Assembly: GCA_051362555.1 (NCBI GenBank)
Contig: CM120641.1
Location: forward strand, 44,150,401-44,214,400
Reading direction: 5' to 3'
Length of the DNA stretch: 64,000 nt
Source of the DNA: Lingula anatina
Lineage: Eukaryota; Animalia; Brachiopoda
Below the pieces are notes generated by a model. The model was not told the DNA's origin. It was given only the letters and a program-made list of their open reading frames with translations, and did no database searches. Below are positions 13,801-28,800 of the stretch, in pieces; the first letter of the stretch is position 1, and each line of letters opens with the position of its first letter. Position numbers and translations under genes: made by a program.

Positions 13801-16800
13801 AGAGTTAAGTCTCCCAAGTATGCTTTATGTGTACGTATATCAAAGACATATGCTGGAAAAATGATTATAGACATTGCCTCTATCATAAACAATGTTGGCC
13901 TCTAAATAGATTTCATAATTGGATTTCTCAATGGGCAATAACGGGAAATGATTTCTGAAGTAAAAACCTGATATACTTATTAGACGTAGATGAGGATTCA
14001 TCATAAATGTCAGCCAAAATGATGGATAGTTTTAAAGATCAAAAATTCTTCTTGGAGTAAACTACGTTATTATACGTACCTCATACCTTTCATCCCACTG
14101 ATTCTGTCCAGTAGAGCCCAGAAGTCTACTCATTCAAATCCAGATTTCCTGGTATGATGCTAAGGGAATTCTATGGATGGGATATCAGCCAAATACAATT
14201 AAATTTCATTTCAATGTGCCAACTTATAAAATCATTAACTTTGTAAAAATAATGAATACGGTAACTGCAATATTTTTGCAATTCAGTATTATTACTTATA
14301 AATAGGTTTCTGGGTCATAAAACACTCTGAAAGAGTAGATATCTTAAAAAAAATAAAATAAAATAAAAATCAAATCCTGCACTCATACTATTGTTGTCAG
14401 GCATGATTTTTCACATATAGAGATTTTTTTGCAAGTACTTCTGGATATTCACCTAAAACGTTACTCACTTCCACCTTGAAAAAAAGGAGAAGAAAAAGTG
14501 AAATACAAAAAGCCTTTTGTTAAATGCTGGAAACACACATACAGCGAGAAAACTGTTTTCGTGCACCTACAAGCATTTACATATTACCATTAATACAAAC
14601 TGACTGTTGGGGAGATCCTAATTACCCCCAACTTACTTTGTCTAAATGCAAACCTAACTTGATTACACCATAACATGTTCTTTCCATTTCTATAATAATG
14701 CGGCCCCAGCCACTGGAGGCTGGGTTTACTTACTAAATGTTCTCTCAGTGCATTATGTTACAAGGCCAAAGCATACGGTAATCACTTATCAAATTTGAAC
14801 AAAATACACTGATATCATTTTCCGAAAATATGTTTTGATGGTTACAGAAGAAAGATGTTGATATGGAAATTGTGAAAAGGGAGCTATCTACTTGTCAATT
14901 AGTTAATCTTTATGAAAAACTGAAAATGATAAATCTTGAAAAAGCAAAATATTGTAATGTGAAAGATGTTTGAAAATTTCTAGAAATTACAGTAACGGCG
15001 GTTACTAATAAAATTAGCTAGCTTGCTTCGAGATAAAGATTTAACACTTGTACTAAGATGACCTTTCCTAACTGGATTGCCGAGTCCTTAAACTTAGTTT
15101 TACTGGATAGTCTCTCAAATTTCAATGAATTGTATAGATCTACACCCAAAGGATGTTTTTGTTTTTCATCAACGACATGAAAACACTTCATTTCCCACTT
15201 TGTTCAAGGAAAAAAGTCCCTATTCTGGAATAAGCTGGTTTATTAATCCATTTACTGAAAGGTACATCAAGGCATTTTGTTCATTGCCTGTAATCAAACA
15301 GTCTGTACGTTGTCTCAAAAGGTCGTAATATTATTTTCAAATAATCAAGTTAGTGTCTGGTATTTTTTTCACAAAGAGGGGTGGATAAGGGATCTGCCAA
15401 TAAATTTATCTATCTATCTACTTATCTATCTCCTTCACTTCTGTTTCAAAATACCAATCTGCTTCCCTAAGCCAGAGTATAATCACTTGTTTTTACCTCT
15501 GCCAAGCTTTTGAGTAATGTTATCAATGTTGTTCATCTGTCTCAGTCTCTGTCTCTTCATAGCCTACTTCTTCAACAATAACCTATGTCGTCACAGACCT
15601 ACATAAGTTGCATATTGTAACATTATGAAAACATGTCACACGAGTTGATAGAGTTTGAGAAACGTGCCTTATGCTTGTTTGACTACTTGAACAATTGTTG
15701 TACAGCTAATCCCTTTCCAACCAATCTAAGACTGCATTCCCATAGATTAAGATCGCTCCATCTAGAACGACATAACTCCCTGGGGGTTCACGCATAATTG
15801 CTGTCAGCCGAGCGTGCATGGTAGTTAATTATCCCCTTACAGCTTTTAGTAGGCGGGACAGACCCTTAAGCTGGCTAAGCTGACAGTAATCTAGTGAGAC
15901 TCCCCACAGGGATAGATCGATCTAAAATCTGTGGGAATGGGGTCTAATCAATGAGAGGCTTCATTTGGTGCTATTTTAGTCTTCTTATCATATAACCAAC
16001 ATATATATTTTTTCTTTTTAGGTCTTTTGAACCTTTGTCTCCTGTTTCTCTTCTTGCACCTGATGGGCAAGTACAGAAGTATTCACCTCCGAGCAGAAAA
16101 TGTGAGAGAAGAAACTGACTCAAAATTTATTCTTGCAAAAAGAAACTTTGTTCAACTTCCATCCAACATTCAATTGTCTCGTATGAGCATTCCACGCCAT
16201 TTTCTCCTTCCAAGTGCAAATACTCCAACAGATTTATACAATTTATACAATGAAGTTCCTGAAACCCATAATAGTGACATTGCATGCATACTGACAAAAA
16301 CCACACCCAAATTTCCAATATGTGTCTATGAATCAGATGAGGACAAATTCATCTCCGCAGCCCTTCGTTCTGGAGGATTCTGGGAACCTCACATAACAGA
16401 TGTCTATCAAAGAGCATTGGCAGCTGTCCCAGAGGCATTTGTAATTGACATTGGTGCTAATATTGGCTATTACACACTCTTGGCCATCAAAATGGGTCAC
16501 ATGGTTATTGCAGTAGAGCCATATTGGGAGAGTGTGCGCCGCTTTCACAAGAGTATCCGTCTCAACAACTGTACCAGCCAAGTTCTCCTAGCAGTAAATG
16601 CAGTCTCTGATATGCACGAAAATGTGACATTCATTGACAATGTAGACAACCAAGGTGGTGTGAGCGTGCGACAACTGGACGCCATCGACCGTGAGATTTT
16701 AAGTAAGGGTCACCCTCTCCCAACTGCAAGGACCATTTTCATCGATGATATTTTGGACCTAACAGATACCCCTGTTGCAATAATAAAACTGGATATAGGT

Positions 16801-19800
16801 TGGTATACTTTTAATATTAGAAATATTAGTGTATACTTAACTTTGAATTGGGAAAGAGTGGGAAAGATCAAAAAAGGGTTTATTCTGTTCTTCACTGTAT
16901 AAATTGCTGCAAGTTCCAGTTACTCTTGTATCATACATGCATCTGACAAAAATTTCTTTGTCCATGCTCATTGAAATACAAAATGAAAGGTAAAAAATAC
17001 TCAGATTTTGTTTCAAGTATTTATTATTTATTTTCATTTATTTATTTTTTAAAGCAATTCAAAACCATTTATCCAATACAAAGTGGTCACTAAATACTAA
17101 CTTGTCACAATGATTTAAGTTATTATATTCTTTAAATGATTTTTAGATAATTTGATTTAACTAATAAGCTTTCAGGGAACAAATTACAAACATAAACATT
17201 ATTTTCATATATGCATGCACAATACAACTTCAGTTGTCTTAGGATAGCACTTAGCACTCTTGAAATATAAACTTTCGTACCACAGTTTCTGTGCTGTCAA
17301 TCAAAGGAACCCCATATTACAAAAAAAACCAGAAATCTGCAGTGAAGAGAAAAAAATCCAAACCGGACCTTCACTGCACTTGAAACAACACCTTCTTGAC
17401 ACTTACATCTGAGAATATTTTCAATGAGATTAACCCCCTGATCTATGCAACCTTTAAGTTGAAAAAAAAAAACATGCTTCACAGCCCTTAGGTACTCTTC
17501 TGCAGAGGTTAATAATATATAGTTATCATTTTCATATGGTTAATCATACAATGTAATGGGGATCAGGCTTGATTCCACTGAAGTATCAGATATAAACTAA
17601 TTATCAAATTATGGCAAAGGGAAAACTTATGTTACCATGCACATTAGACCTCAATACAGGGGGGAAATCCTGGAAATTTCAGCAATATTTCTATCATCAC
17701 CAAGCTATAACTTAATTATCAGAAACTGTCTCAAAAAAGAGCATAATCTTGTCAACAGTTTAATGACAGTGATGAATTCAAAGGGAAAATGTTAAAATTT
17801 CAAAAAAAAAAAAAAATTAATCTTTGCTATACCAAGGCCTTCACTTACAGGGAGTATGACTTTATTGCAGTGTGACTTTATGCACTTAATTCACTGATGG
17901 ATAATTGATGTATTATAATGATAGAATCAAAACATGTCCAGTTTACTTTCTCAGTGTTCCTAAAATGACAAACAGGTCTACTTTCCTCAAGATAAAAGTG
18001 AAAATTAGTTATCTTTAATCAAATCAATTTCAGATCAATTTCATCTAATCACTTTCATTTTCTGAATTGTTTATCTTAAAAATTGGAAACATGACATAGG
18101 GTTATAAACAATATATATCAGTATGTCCAAACATTTCAATATTAAGACACCTTGTTTAGTTCATATATATAAAAATTGGAATGGGAGTGAACACTACCAG
18201 TATTTGTAACCTTTCTTATGCAGTGTGTAATCATTATTTCCCAGAATTCAGAAGTAACTGAGAAAACTAGACCTAATTAAAAGTATTGTATCAGGATTAG
18301 CAAAACTAAATTCTGTGTATATTTTCAGTAGTCAAGACAACTTTTCAGTTTGTCCTTCAGATTTAAACATCAAATGTAACATAAGTAGCCAAACAGAGAA
18401 AGTAGTGAGCTGCATCTGCATGGCCATTAGCAGACTCAGATATCTATTAAGATCAAAATTATATTGCTACTAATTAGGGCAAGCATTGCCTATAGACCTC
18501 TGGTCACTAAAAAAACGATGAAAAAATATATTTCTAATTTTAAGTGGTCCAACTAAAAACAACTTTAACTGCCAAAGGTATATTTTGTCTCTGGTGAAAA
18601 AAAGAAAGAAAAAAGTGCCTGTACCACCCATTAAAAAATTCAATTACATGCTGTTTTCTCATCATTAAGTGTGCACTGATATCTACGCTGTGTCAAAAAA
18701 AATTCACTACATATAGATCTTTTCTGAAAACAACTCATCATACACCCACCCCAAGCTTATTTACTCAGCCTAACTACCTACTTCCCTTCAATTAACCTAA
18801 CAGTTGTTCTACACTCACAATAACAGAGCACCAAATTGATGTCCATGTTTCACACAAGGTATCCACAGATAGCCGTATTCTAAAACACCACGGTATATTA
18901 GCACCTTAGCTGTAACAGCACCTGCCTAGGGGAAGAATTGCCACATTGTTTGGCTTCAAAATTTACGCCATCGTCCATCTATTGCTGCCACTACAATATA
19001 TATTTGCCTCACCTCCTCTGAAAGGTTTGACATTTCCTAGTCAATTACGAAACAGTCACGGCATCTTTTGAAGATATTGAACCTAAACAATGTGAAAAAG
19101 TTGAATAAATCTATCTTCATCAAGCGTAACAAGAAAATAAATGACACCAGGCGTGATAATGTTTAGAAAAGGCAACTTGATCAGGAAGTCTAATATTTTT
19201 TCTCATTGACTAGTATATTTACCATTCCTCTCCTTGTTATGGAGGTTTTCACAGCATGGTATAGCATTATGTAATATCAACAGTCTTATATTTACTTACA
19301 TCATATCCAGTACAACTTCACTTATACCTGCCACTTCAATCCCAATCACTTTCATATGATTTCAGAATCTGTTTACATTTGCCCATACTAAAATACTTCT
19401 TATAATTTTACTCTCTCTTATAGAGTAGTAGTAGACCACAAACCAAACTTATTTTTCTCATCTATTTACATCATACAAATGTATTCATTATATCACCTTA
19501 AAAAATATAAAGGAGAAATCTAACTTGCTCTTACAACTGGGAGAAGTGCCTTATCTTTCTGAGCTAGGCTACAATGTAAGACATGCTTTCAAATACATAA
19601 CTTCAGACATACAGTATTAAATTATTTCTTCTATTTGATTGTTACCAAGTAGACCCTAGAAGACTTGGTAACAATCAAATATTCATTGTCATATTCATGC
19701 ACTGGTCAAATAAGATACACATTACATGATTACTGCATATATATGTCTAACTACATGTTTTAATTCATCAACCTGATTTGAACTTCCAGAGGGATATGAA

Positions 19801-22800
19801 TGTAAAGCCATGGGGAAGGCCACCACATTCCTGGACACTGTCTATGTCCCTTACATCTTCATGGAATGGAAAAAGATGTTTGTTGACCAATTAAAACCAG
19901 ATTCACCATGTCCCACCAAAAGCCTGCAAAGACTGTGTCAGCTGTTGACCAGCAGGGGGTATGCCCCCTATGAAGTTCGGACACATATAAAGTTAAACCC
20001 GGAGCGCAGTACCAAAATTTGGAGGGTTGGAGACATATACTGGAGACACAAGTCTGCTAAAGTACTCTTCCCTCCTTGAACCATGCAACAGCGACTAAAT
20101 TGTGGTCACAGCAAAGAAAGATGAAAAAGATGGATTTCATGGAATCTTAGATGAATTGCCAGTAAATTGAAGTGAAAGTTTGCACCATACTGTGGGCTGC
20201 ATGAGGTAGACAAGACAGTTTTGGAGTGGTACAATTTATCTAGGCAACAGAGCTACATAGGATTTCTGCAAGCCTGAATAAACTAGCCTAGCTTTCATAA
20301 CAGTTGGCATTACATGATGTGAAAAGCCAAACAATTATTAGAATGGCTGAGGTAGAGAAGTAGTGTCACAGAGCTTTGGCATCAAAATTAACTTGTTTCC
20401 AGTATATGCTATAGACTGTACAAGGCATGAGTTGTGCATTTATATGTCATCATTTTTTTTTTTTACTTTAGTAATTTGTTGACATACATGTCAGTCTGTT
20501 AAGTAACTGACTGCAATATGAATTTCCATATCATCATATTAATTGAAATAATGTTTATAGCTAGATCTATATAACTTATTCAGATTAATATTTTATAACA
20601 TACTTTTTTGTACGACTGATAGAGCAAGACAATGTGCAAGACTTGTTAAATATTTGCATTTCAAGTTGAAGACCACATCAAATCACCAAGGAAGTATATA
20701 TGCCTCCTTGGACTCACTAAAGATTGGCTATACAATAATAACAGAGTAGAAAAAAAATACTTTTTAGCCAAACACTTGCAAAAATGGTGATATATTATAA
20801 ATATCCCAGATGCTTAGAAAATCTTTAAAATTTCCTCTACAATTATGTCACTCTAGTGTATACTTAAATATTGGCAATGCTATTGTACTAAGTAAATGCA
20901 CACACACACACACACACACAAATACACACACACACACATGGAAAGATAGAGAAAGAGAGAGATTGTTTGTTTCATTCGTTTTTTATTGCTACCGAGGATG
21001 TAGATTGATAACATACATGTACCTGTGTTACAAGTAACATACATGCCTATGGAACACATGAACCTGGCAGTAGCAATGCTGTATTTAGCTTTACTGGTGC
21101 AGATTGGCACACATACTAAATATGCTTGAAAGCTTGTTAGACTGCTATATATATAATGTATGTATTACACTTAAGGACCACTTATATCTATTCACACAGA
21201 AAATCTTATTTAGTCCAAATGAATTCAACTCATTACTGAGCTGGCAAGTTCTCAAACCAACGACGGATCCCTTCCCAGTATCCACAGAACATTTCTCCAT
21301 AATTCACTTTTCAAGCCAGGCTCTTGATTGAGAAATATATACATGCTAGCATCCCTGTATGTACAAATACAAAGATATATTCTTGAAAAAAGTGTATGTC
21401 TTTATATAAAAATCAAGTATTGGATGATTTCATCCTTAATAAAATGTTTTTCTTCTCAATATTTCTACAAGAAATGGTGTTCATTATACTGACAACTTAT
21501 TTACAAAAGAGCTGAGGGATGGAATGCAAGCACATCTGTTGCAGTCTATTCTACATTTGGTTTGCTTATTTTTCTTATTCTAATTCATTTCAATCACTAA
21601 TTGAAATGAAATTGTTCTGAAACATGCAATAAATGCCATCCATTTGGTGAATAATAATAATTGTTCTAAACTTCAAATTTTGATTTTTCAAATATGTCTA
21701 CTTTTATAATAAAAAATTCAATACTTAGTATCTGCTTATACTTCTTTGTCCAGTCTGTTTAAAATTTGACTCAATAGATTTTGGTAAAAAATTGTATCTT
21801 ACTCTGTATATAAATCTAAAAATTTCACTGCCAGAATTCATCATTCCATTATTCCTTGATTGAAAGCATTCCTCATAAAAGTTTCAGTTTTTATCAAAGT
21901 GATCAACTTTGATAAAGCTCATATGCCCAATCAATGTTTACTTTTGGTTAAAATCTGCTTCAATCAAGGGACGAAAATACCAGACTTATTTAATGTGTGA
22001 ATGTGCCTTAAAGAGTGTGAATGTTATGTGATAGACTAATGGGAAATCAATAACATTACATTTAAGAATTGATTATATTCAGTAGAATCTGTTCCCCTGC
22101 CAAATGTTCCAAAATGAAAATACAGGGCGGTTTAGTTAATTTTGGAGTAATATTCAAACAAGCATGAGCAGCACATTCTCTCTGACTTTGTACCTGGTCA
22201 TCAAAATAACATATTTATCGTTCTCAGAGAGTTTCTGAAGTGAAGTATTTTTTATTATATTTGAAAATTGAATTATACAGATGAGCACTAACAACTAATC
22301 AATATTCCACATAACATCATCATGTAAGACATCAAAAAGGAATTTTTTTGTATTTTGAAAAATCTGTTTCATCAATTTCAGGGTTAAATACCACCTCTCC
22401 TTTTTTTCTTATTTTTATCAATTCTTAAATCTAAATGTCACACTCTGACTGAAACACATGGAAACTGTGAAAAATAAAGTTCCCACACTTCACTGAAATC
22501 GTAGCTTTCAAGTGCTTCTTGTACATGTTACTGTAATGTAAAGAAGAATGTGAAAATTTAATAAGACTCATTAAAGGCTATGATTTCACATTTCAAATGT
22601 CAGGTGTTGCCCCTAGCAATCAGAGGAGATCTGCACATTCACTTTTCAGCCAAGTTCTTCAAAAACATCGTTGGAACAAATTCAGAATTTTGACTTCGTT
22701 AATGATGTGCTTAACCCTGGGTGCTTATGAGTCAGACTGTCTAGCTGAGATGAAGAAGCTACATGGACACTTTTTCATACTTGTGATAATTATGTACATG

Positions 22801-25800
22801 GGTTATGCACATCAAACAAGAAAAATCTTCACATCATACAAATTTGGATATGGATGAATTGAGTTAACCATCCTGATATGTTTTTTTCGCTCCATCTCGT
22901 CGTGCCCTCAACCAATATCATGAAGTTATTGTTTCTTCATTGTAAAGCTGATCTATACTGGCTTATATTATATTATTTGTGGCTGGCCTATGCTGTATTA
23001 TATCATGTTATTGATATACACTCAAAATTATATGAAATGCAGATGATCTCTAAAAAATTATCACACAGAAACAAAAAAGAATTTAAAAAAAAACATAAAA
23101 GTACATAGCTAGTAGCTTTTAGAATTCTAATTTACATTATCAATACTGATCTTGTTCCTAGTGAAGATAAGTTTTTTTTCTATTTTAATCTCATCTATAA
23201 TTGCCATTCTTAAGTACAAATGCATGTTATTGAAAACAGAAATAAATTCACCTTTGTGTAGCAGCCAAGTTTCCACTGCCTTTCGACTTAGAAGTACTGC
23301 CAACCTAGCAAGGGTTACATCCTTTAAAATAAACACCATCTGTCGGCTTGATCTGTTTGCTTGAATTGCTGATATAGTATTTATCTTTTTCTTTTCATCC
23401 CCTGCTGTTGTATTCAGCCTAATGCACATCACCACTGGCAAGAAAAGGTTGATTTAGCCTTGTGTTAAAGATGCTAAATGTCAGTATATATAAAATCAAG
23501 ATATAAGAGTATCTGGGATCCTGGGTCTTTAATCATTTATTTATTATTATTATTATTTTTTTGTTTTTTAGTTTTTCTTTTTAGTAAAATTGGTAAAAAC
23601 ACTATGTTTGAACTGAATAACTGGACGGTCTGAAACCTGACCTCAGGAAAAATACTGCAGCAGTGTCCTATTTGATCAATGAAAATTAATTGTCTTCACA
23701 CTGCATAAACAGTTTTAAGTACCAAATTACCAGTTTATTAGTTCTTATAATATTACCATAGTTTACATATATGTAGCTCCAGAAAAATATGCCTAAACCA
23801 AAAAATATATGATTTAAAATATTATGTAACACTTAAATGAAACACAGCTGTGGATAAATCTTCATTCATTTGAAATATGGCACAGCATTTTATTTAGCAG
23901 TAATAACTGGCCATGTTATTGCAGTCTAACCACCCTCCTCACTTCAGGCAAGAAACAGAGAACATAATATATGTCAGGCAAATAACATGAAGCAGATTCC
24001 TATCCTCAAGCAGATTCATCTGACACCTGGTTTTTAGTGATAAAACCCTTTTTTCTACTTGAACAAAGCCCACAAGTGGAAAGCTGTGTAGTTATTCATT
24101 TTTAGAGCAAGAGTAATTTATATCGGTTTAGGCTACATAAATGTAGCTGCTACCTTTTAAAAGGAACAAGAGTGGATTAAGTTGTGTTAATTGTCTCCTG
24201 GATATCCAACACATTTACCATCTGAGGCACACCAAGCACAATCAACAACAAACCACCTACATTTGTAAAATGAACCTGATAATAAAAGATTTTTCCAAAT
24301 GCTAAAACTTTAATTACTAATTGCAATGCCCTTTTAGCAATTTACAGCAGTTTCATCTTAATGCTTAGTTGCATTAAAAATTAGGCTATTGGCTTATTCA
24401 AAACAAAAAATCCCACAATTGGTTTCATTTTAAGATCTTAAATGTTTGTCTTTTAAAATTTTAAGACTATACATGTACAATTCCAGGGTGTAGGGGTGTT
24501 CATGCGCTTGGCTTCACATCCAGTGTTGTTAAGGCCGGCTAGTCCACAAGGGCGAAAGGTGAAATTTAAGTAGCTTGCCGGTGACCCGTAGATCACTCAA
24601 GTCAACCTCTCCTCCCCGTGGTACACCCTGGAAACTAGGTCCTAGCGGGCCTAGGCTAACGAGGCTCTGGCTATGGGAAGGAAAACCCTGACATAAAACC
24701 TACCGCGGGGGGCCAACAACCCTCCCGGTTCAAATTAATTGTTACAGAAACCACAAAAACTTCTACTTCAACTAGGTCCTCAGTGTATTCGAGTCAAGAC
24801 CACGACACTATGACCATTTCTGATGAAAGCCCACCACCGGAAGTCAGGAGTGCGAAGTCGGATGCACTGGGGCCCAAATCCATCCTTCGTGTTGGGGCAT
24901 GGAATGTCCGCACCATGTTTGAGACCTCCAAAACAGCTCAAGTTATCAATGAGATGAAGAGATACCGACTAGACATCCTGGGTATCAGCGAATGCCGTTG
25001 GATAGGATCAGGACGTCTCACGACAAACGATGGCTCACTTATCCTGTACTCTGGACACGAGAGCACACACAGTCATGGGGTAGCCATCATTCTCTCGAGA
25101 GAGAAGGCCAGAACTCTCATGGAATGGGAGCCTATCAGTGAGCGGATTGTTAGAGCGCGTTTTGACTCAAAGTACTGTAAGCTCACTATCATTCAGTGCT
25201 ACGCACCAACTAACGACGCTGAGGCTGATGTGAAAGATGACTGGTATGAGCAACTACAAGTGGCAGTATCAAGAGTCCCACAGCACGACCTACTCCTAGT
25301 CATTGGTGACCTTAATGCAAAAGTGGGAGCTGACAATTCTAACTCTGAGAGAGTGATGGGGCCCCACGGATGTGGGGTGATGAATGAGAACGGTGAACAC
25401 CTGGTTGACTTCTGTATGAACAACAGGCTGGTCATTGGAGGAACCATTTTCCCGCACAAGACCATTCATAAGCTCACTTGGACATCACCTGATGGAACCA
25501 CAACAAACCAGATCAACCACATCATTATCAATGGCAAGTGGCGAAAGTCCCTTAAAGATGTTCGAGTTTACCGGGGAGCTGATGCCAACAGTGACCACTT
25601 CCTTGTCGCCTCCTCCATCAGGCTGAAACTCCGGAAGGTCATTCCACAGAGTCAACAACGGAAGCGGAAACAACTGGACATCTCCAAACTCAAGTGTCCT
25701 CGTACCAAGACTGCATTTGTTCTCGAGCTGAAGAACCGTTTCAGCGCTCTAGCAGGAGAAGATAGGATTGAAGCAGTCAATGTCAGCCAGAAATGGGATA

Positions 25801-28800
25801 CCATCAAGAGTACTTACTGCACCACAGCAGAAGCAGTCCTTGGTTTCAAGAAGAAGAAGAACAAGGAATGGTTAACACCAGAAACATGGAAGCTTATTGA
25901 TGAAAGGAGAATCCTGAAAGAGAAGCTGTTGAATACCAAATCACCTAGGCTCGTAGAACAAGACAGAGCAGCCTACAAGAGCAAGGATAAGGAGGTGAAG
26001 AAAAGTGCTAGGAGTGACAAGAGAGCCTTTGTGGAAAAGCTAGCTAGTGAGGCTGAACAGGCAGCAGCACAAGGTGACATGGGTACTGTCTACAAGATCA
26101 CCAAACAGCTTAGCGGAAGCCACAACAACAACCATTCTGCTCCGGTGAAAGACAGGAACGGTAACACTCTGTCCACAGAGCGCGAGCAAGCAGCACGGTG
26201 GGTTCAGCACTTCAGGGAGGTCCTTAACCACCCTGACCCCAGTGAACCAGCTAATCTCACACCCACAGATGGTATCCTGGACATCAACAAAGATCCGCCC
26301 ACCAGGGAGGAAGTCAGGAATGCTATCATTGCTATGAAAAATGGCAAAGCTTCTGGCATTGACAACATCCATGCAGAAATGCTGAAAGCTGATGTTGGCA
26401 TGGCCACAAACTTGCTGACTGACCTCTTCAGTACCATCTGGGAGAAGGACACGATACCAGACGATTGGACAAAGGGTCTCATTGTAAAGCTCCCCAAGAA
26501 AGGCAACCTCCATGAATGTGACAACTGGCGTGGGATCACTCTCCTATCCATCCCCAGCAAGATCTTCTGTCGAGTTCTGCTGAAGCGTATTGACCGAGCC
26601 ATTGACTCCAGACTCAGAGAGGAGCAAGCAGGTTTCTGGAAAGGCAGGGGATGCATTGACCAGATCTTCGCCCTGCGCAACATCATCGAGCAGTGCCTGG
26701 AGTGGAACACACCTCTTTACATCAACTTTGTCGACTTCAAGAAAGCCTTTGACAGTGTGCACCGGGAGACATTGTGGAAAATACTGCTGTCATATGGTGT
26801 ACCACCTAAGATTACCACTCTAATCAGCGTGTTTTACAACCACTTCCAATGTAGTGTTATCTTGGACAATACCCTGACGGAGTGGTTCCCAATGGATTCA
26901 GGTTTACGTCAAGGCTGTATCTTGTCCCCAATTCTCTTCCTTGTAACCATCGACTGGGTCATGAGAAAAACAACATCCGACAAACCCAGAGGCATCCAAT
27001 GGACCCTTCTATCCCAGCTAGAAGACCTTGACTTTGCTGATGACCTTGCCCTCCTGTCCTCCAAACACAGCCATCTCCAGGAGAAGACTGACCGTCTGAG
27101 TAGCTTTGCTGCACAAGCGGGACTTGCCATCAGCACCACCAAAACCCAGGTCATGTGCATTAACAACAGTACGACAGCACCTATCACCGTCAGTGGGAAA
27201 CCACTTGAGTCTGTCGATGACTTCACATATCTGGGCAGTCTAATCAGCAAAGACAACGGGGCTCAGAAGGACATCAGGGCAAGACTTGGCAAGGCCCAGA
27301 GTTCATTCGCTAGACTCCGCACAATCTGGAAGTCAGAGCAGTACAGCTTACACACCAAAGTCCATCTTTACAACAGCAATGTGAAGTCTGTTCTGCTCTA
27401 CGGGTCTGAATGTTGGAGAGTTACAAAGTCTGACATGAGCAGAGTAGAGTCCTTCCATAACAGGTGTCTCCGCAGGATCTGCTGCATATTCTGGCCAAAT
27501 AAGATCTCCAATCATGACCTGTACATACTGACAGGGAGCCAGAGTATTGTAGGGCAGATCAAGCGACGGCGATTTAAATGGCTCGGCCATGTACTTAGGA
27601 TGGACGAGAACAGAGTACCAAAGGTAGCTCTGAGATGGACACCACCCGGAAAAAGAAAGAGAGGAAGGCCCAAGACCACCTGGTGCCGAACAATGATGGC
27701 AGAGCTGAGGGAGGGGGACCTTACATGGGGACAGGCCCAGCACGTAGCCAGAGACAGGGCCAAGTGGAAAGAAGTGACTGTGGCCTTATGTCCCACGCGG
27801 GACGAAGAGCAATGATGATGATGATGTACAATTCCATAAACATTCATCAAAACTAATTGAGGATATATTGGGTTTTTTATTACTTAAAATCAGAAACGAA
27901 AAATGTTTTAGGCCAATCGATACTATACTCTAAAACTTAAACTTCCACCGTTTCAATAAAGATTAAAAAACACCCAATTTTCTGGTCTTAAGGTTTTGGA
28001 GTTCTTTTGTGAAATTGGACCTCAATGGAACAAGAAACAAGCTCCCCTTACCTTGTACTTCCCCAGTTCTAAACACATACATTTGGTCAGCATGTCCACT
28101 GCAGCCTTAATGGAGCAATAGACACTGTGGTCAAGCAAGGCACAATGTGAGGCCACACTGGACACATTCACTATGGACCCTCCTGTACCCTTATCTATCA
28201 TACTCTTGGCAACCACCTGTTGAAGAGACTCATGCTCTACCAATCATGTCAATAAATGTATGTTTAAATAAATTTAATTCGATAAGTCTTTTTCTTTTAT
28301 CAAAAATAATGCACTTTTGTATTCAATAATCAACAGAAATAAACTTAATGTACACATATTGCCAGCATTTACCTGAGAAATGTTAAACATTGCCTTCAAG
28401 TTAACGTCTAAATGCCTGAAAAACATCAACAAAAAATTCTTTCGAGTCCCTGTTCCAAAATCTTTTTAAAAAGATCTCTGATCAATTTCTTGAAAATGTA
28501 ACTGAAAATTGAACTGCTTCCTGTTCCTGATTGTTGTAGTTATGAAATTCTGAAATTTTCATCAAAATCTGTCTACAGTTTTAGTTTCCCATAACCATGT
28601 TGCTAACAGTCAAACACACAAAAGGAAATACAGACAAATGGAACCAAAAAACAACCTTGTTTGCCAGAGTAACAATTACTTTAACATTAGGTACCTGTTA
28701 AGACATACAAATATAGACTAAGGATGAAAACAAAAAAAATGGGAAATTTTAAACCAATAAGGTCTTACATGCTAAGGTTTTCCTCTGTAACCTCCAAGAA

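Larger units (their letters stand above)
24486..27823 (+). mobile_element. Full-length RTE-clade non-LTR retrotransposon in DCXR intron 5, antisense to DCXR
   Basis: 13-bp TSD atgtacaattcca at 24473-24485 and 27824-27836. Single APE+RT ORF. (ATG)n tail. 3' hairpin gtccc-acgc-gggac at 27790-27803. Confidence 0.95.

Noticed and set aside
22852-22880. Minus-strand [10 protein letters not shown] resembling DCXR exon 6 (IRVNSVNP)
   Set aside because: There is no acceptor and the similarity does not continue. The true exon is at 5876-5996.
25199-27856. Many antisense and alternate-frame ORFs over the RTE
   Set aside because: These are shadow ORFs of a GC-richer coding sequence and have no independent motifs.
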